In this document: piece by piece, positions 62,122-63,801 of the stretch
Position numbering within the stretch: position 1 is the first letter of the stretch
How the letters are laid out: each line of letters begins with the position of its first letter
Source of the DNA: Actinomycetes bacterium
Lineage (GTDB): Bacteria; Actinomycetota; Acidimicrobiia; Acidimicrobiales; Palsa-688
Direction of reading: 5' to 3'
Assembly (NCBI GenBank): GCA_021808785.1
Contig: JAKBAX010000001.1
Coordinates: forward strand, 1-63,801
Length of the DNA stretch: 63,801 bases
The notes under the pieces: generated by a model
Databases searched by the model: none
What the model was told of the DNA's origin: nothing
Seen by the model: the letters and a program-made list of their open reading frames with translations, nothing else
Made by a program: the position numbers and the translations under genes

Positions 62122-63765
62122 CTAGCCGAACGAGTGGTCGGCCGGGTCGACCGCCGCAGTCCGCTTCCAGTAATCGACGAGCCGCCATGGGGAGAGCACA
62201 TAGACGTTCCCGTCAGCGGACTTGTACCAGGAGTGCTCGATGCTGGGATGCCCCCACATCAGGGTGGCCACCTCGGCTTGGAGGTCGTCCCCGTAGCGCT
62301 TGTAGGCGTCATCGGTGACCTCGATGGTGCGATGGTCCCCTTCCACCAGGTGGGAGATGGCGCGGCCTATGTAGCGCATCTGGCACTCGGTAGTGAAGAT
62401 CACGCTTCCGGCATGGGCCAATCCGGTACCGGGTCCGGCCAGCATGAAGAAGTTGGGAAATCCGGGGATGGTCACCCCGCAATAGGCGGAGGGGCGACCC
62501 TGCCAGGTCTCAGCGATGCTGCGGCCGTCCCGGCCGATGATCTCCAAGGGCCACAGGACCTCGCTGGCCCGGAACCCCGTGGCCAGCACGATGACGTCGA
62601 CGTCGTAGGTGCCGTCCTCGGTGGTGACGCGGTGCTCGCCGATCTCGACGATCGGGCTGTTGTCCAGGGTGACATGCTTCTGGGTCAGACAGCGCAACCA
62701 GCTGCCGTTGTCCTGCAGCATCCGTTTGGACATGGGGGGATAGTTGGGGGTGACCTTTTCCCGCAGGGTGGGATCGTCGCCGACGTTGTCCTCGATCCAC
62801 TTGGCCAGCACTTCCCGCCGCTGGGCGCTGAACGCGTTGGCGGTGCGGGGGAAGTCGGGCCACTGTTCGTCGACTCGAACCATCTCCAGTGACTTGTCGC
62901 TGGATTGGAACATGAGCATGAACCGGTACCACCGCCCGTATCCGGGCAGGTGCCGCATGGCCCACCGCTCGCCAGCTGAGACGGATGCGTGGTAGCGGGG
63001 ATTGGGGGCCATCCACTGCGGGGTGCGCTGGAAGACCGTCAGCTCGGCTACCTGGTCCATGATGGCGGGCCCGATCTGGAATCCCGAGGCTCCGGCCCCT
63101 ATCAGGGCCACCCTCTTCCCGCTGAGATCCACATTGTCATCCCACCGTGCCGAGTGGAAGGCGGGGCCGGTGAAGCGGTCCAGACCCGGCAGATCGGGAA
63201 TCAGCGGGCGGTTGAGCAGGCCCACCCCCGATATGAGGACGTCCGCCGACTCGGTCCCGACGGTGCCGTCGGCCGTGCGGTAGGAGACATTCCACCGCTT
63301 GGTGTCGTCGTCCCAGGCCGCAGTCTCGACCTCGGCTCCCCAGCGGACGCGCTCGGCTATGCCGTGCTCGTCGAGCAGGGTCCTGAAGTAGCGATAAAGC
63401 TCCGGCTGGAGCGTGTAGTAGCTGCTGAAGGAGTCGTTCGGGCCGAACGAGTAGCTGTAGTAGTGGCTGGCCACATCGACCCGGCAGCCGGGATACCGGT
63501 TCTCCAGCCAGGTCCCCCCCACGTCGTGGTTCTTCTCCAGGATGCGGAAGCCGATCCCGGCCTCCTGCAGCCGCAAGGCGGCGAGCAGGCCGCCCTCTCC
63601 GGCCCCGATGATCAGTACCGACAGAGCCGTTGGATTGGCTGGGTCGGAATGGATCGGAAAGGCGCGAGGATTTTGGCCGAAGAGGTCCATCTCGTCGACG
63701 TACATGGCCGCATAGTCTTCGGCCACCGTCTCGCAGGCGATCCAGTCCATCACTTCCTTGACCAC
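62122..63765 (-). CDS. Flavin-dependent Baeyer-Villiger-type monooxygenase
   Basis: 547-aa ORF starting at GTG 63765 or ATG 63750. Carries VLIIGAGEGGLLAA, DVGGTWLENRYPGCRVDV, FTGPAFHSARWD and VALIGAGASGFQ. Confidence 0.85.
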   Translation of the reverse strand: MVKEVMDWIACETVAEDYAAMYVDEMDLFGQNPRAFPIHSDPANPTALSVLIIGAGEGGLLAALRLQEAGIGFRILEKNHDVGGTWLENRYPGCRVDVASHYYSYSFGPNDSFSSYYTLQPELYRYFRTLLDEHGIAERVRWGAEVETAAWDDDTKRWNVSYRTADGTVGTESADVLISGVGLLNRPLIPDLPGLDRFTGPAFHSARWDDNVDLSGKRVALIGAGASGFQIGPAIMDQVAELTVFQRTPQWMAPNPRYHASVSAGERWAMRHLPGYGRWYRFMLMFQSSDKSLEMVRVDEQWPDFPRTANAFSAQRREVLAKWIEDNVGDDPTLREKVTPNYPPMSKRMLQDNGSWLRCLTQKHVTLDNSPIVEIGEHRVTTEDGTYDVDVIVLATGFRASEVLWPLEIIGRDGRSIAETWQGRPSAYCGVTIPGFPNFFMLAGPGTGLAHAGSVIFTTECQMRYIGRAISHLVEGDHRTIEVTDDAYKRYGDDLQAEVATLMWGHPSIEHSWYKSADGNVYVLSPWRLVDYWKRTAAVDPADHSFG

Positions 63766-63801
63766 GTCCGAGGCGAGAGGCGCACACGCAGGGCAGCCGG
63801 C

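Noticed and set aside
1-63801. A secondary-metabolite biosynthetic cluster (P450s, sulfotransferase, BVMOs, TauD, CoA ligases), a defence island or a prophage.
   Set aside because: There is no PKS, NRPS, terpene synthase, RiPP precursor or maturase core. There are no nucleases, helicases, methylases or toxin-antitoxin-like genes, and no integrase, transposase, capsid or terminase genes. The enzyme set (crotonases, thiolase-fold protein, CoA-transferases, hydrolases) fits catabolism.

Overview
GC-rich, very gene-dense window: about 50 intact CDS, 2 gene remnants and only short intergenic gaps. The gene families present (mycothiol-type DinB/MDMPI, F420/LLM, mycofactocin-type SDR, Ltp2/DUF35, many P450s) suggest an actinobacterial origin, but that is inference. 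I see no rRNA, tRNA, CRISPR array, transposase/integrase, phage or recognisable defence genes, and no PKS/NRPS/terpene-synthase core.

The content reads as an oxidative, CoA-dependent catabolic island for lipid-, steroid- or terpenoid-like substrates:
- Oxidative enzymes: 3 cytochrome P450s, 2 type I Baeyer-Villiger monooxygenases (BVMOs), a TauD/TfdA dioxygenase, an LLM oxidoreductase, a GMC oxidoreductase and an orphan molybdopterin hydroxylase large subunit.
- CoA-linked enzymes: 5 SDRs, 2 crotonases, acyl-CoA ligases, a tandem family III CoA-transferase, an Ltp2-like thiolase-fold protein with a DUF35 partner, and a carboxyltransferase.
- Lactonase or esterase candidates: SMP-30, MBL-fold, CocE/NonD and alpha/beta hydrolases.
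- Regulators: one TetR and one IclR.

The dominant oddity is 13 amidohydrolase-superfamily paralogs: 8 ACMSD-like amidohydrolase_2 and 5 D-aminoacylase-like. They recur in fixed pairings with each other and with the BVMOs.

The most interesting individual items are:
1. A tightly packed operon of SBP lipoprotein, a UGSC-like CxxC protein, an unnameable 367-aa protein and a P450.
2. A MerB-like gene whose coding-like N-terminal segment is cut off by one in-frame TGA, translationally coupled to the orphan Mo-hydroxylase and a DinB/MDMPI protein.
3. A 12-unit GGCACCC heptamer array in a divergent promoter.
4. A translationally coupled trio of hypothetical protein, sulfotransferase and TauD (HxE).
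5. A GH88-cupin fusion co-transcribed with a BVMO.
6. Two gene remnants: an internally deleted aldehyde dehydrogenase and a truncated acyl-CoA ligase.

All family assignments rest on motif recognition by eye. No database search was possible, and start codons are best guesses.
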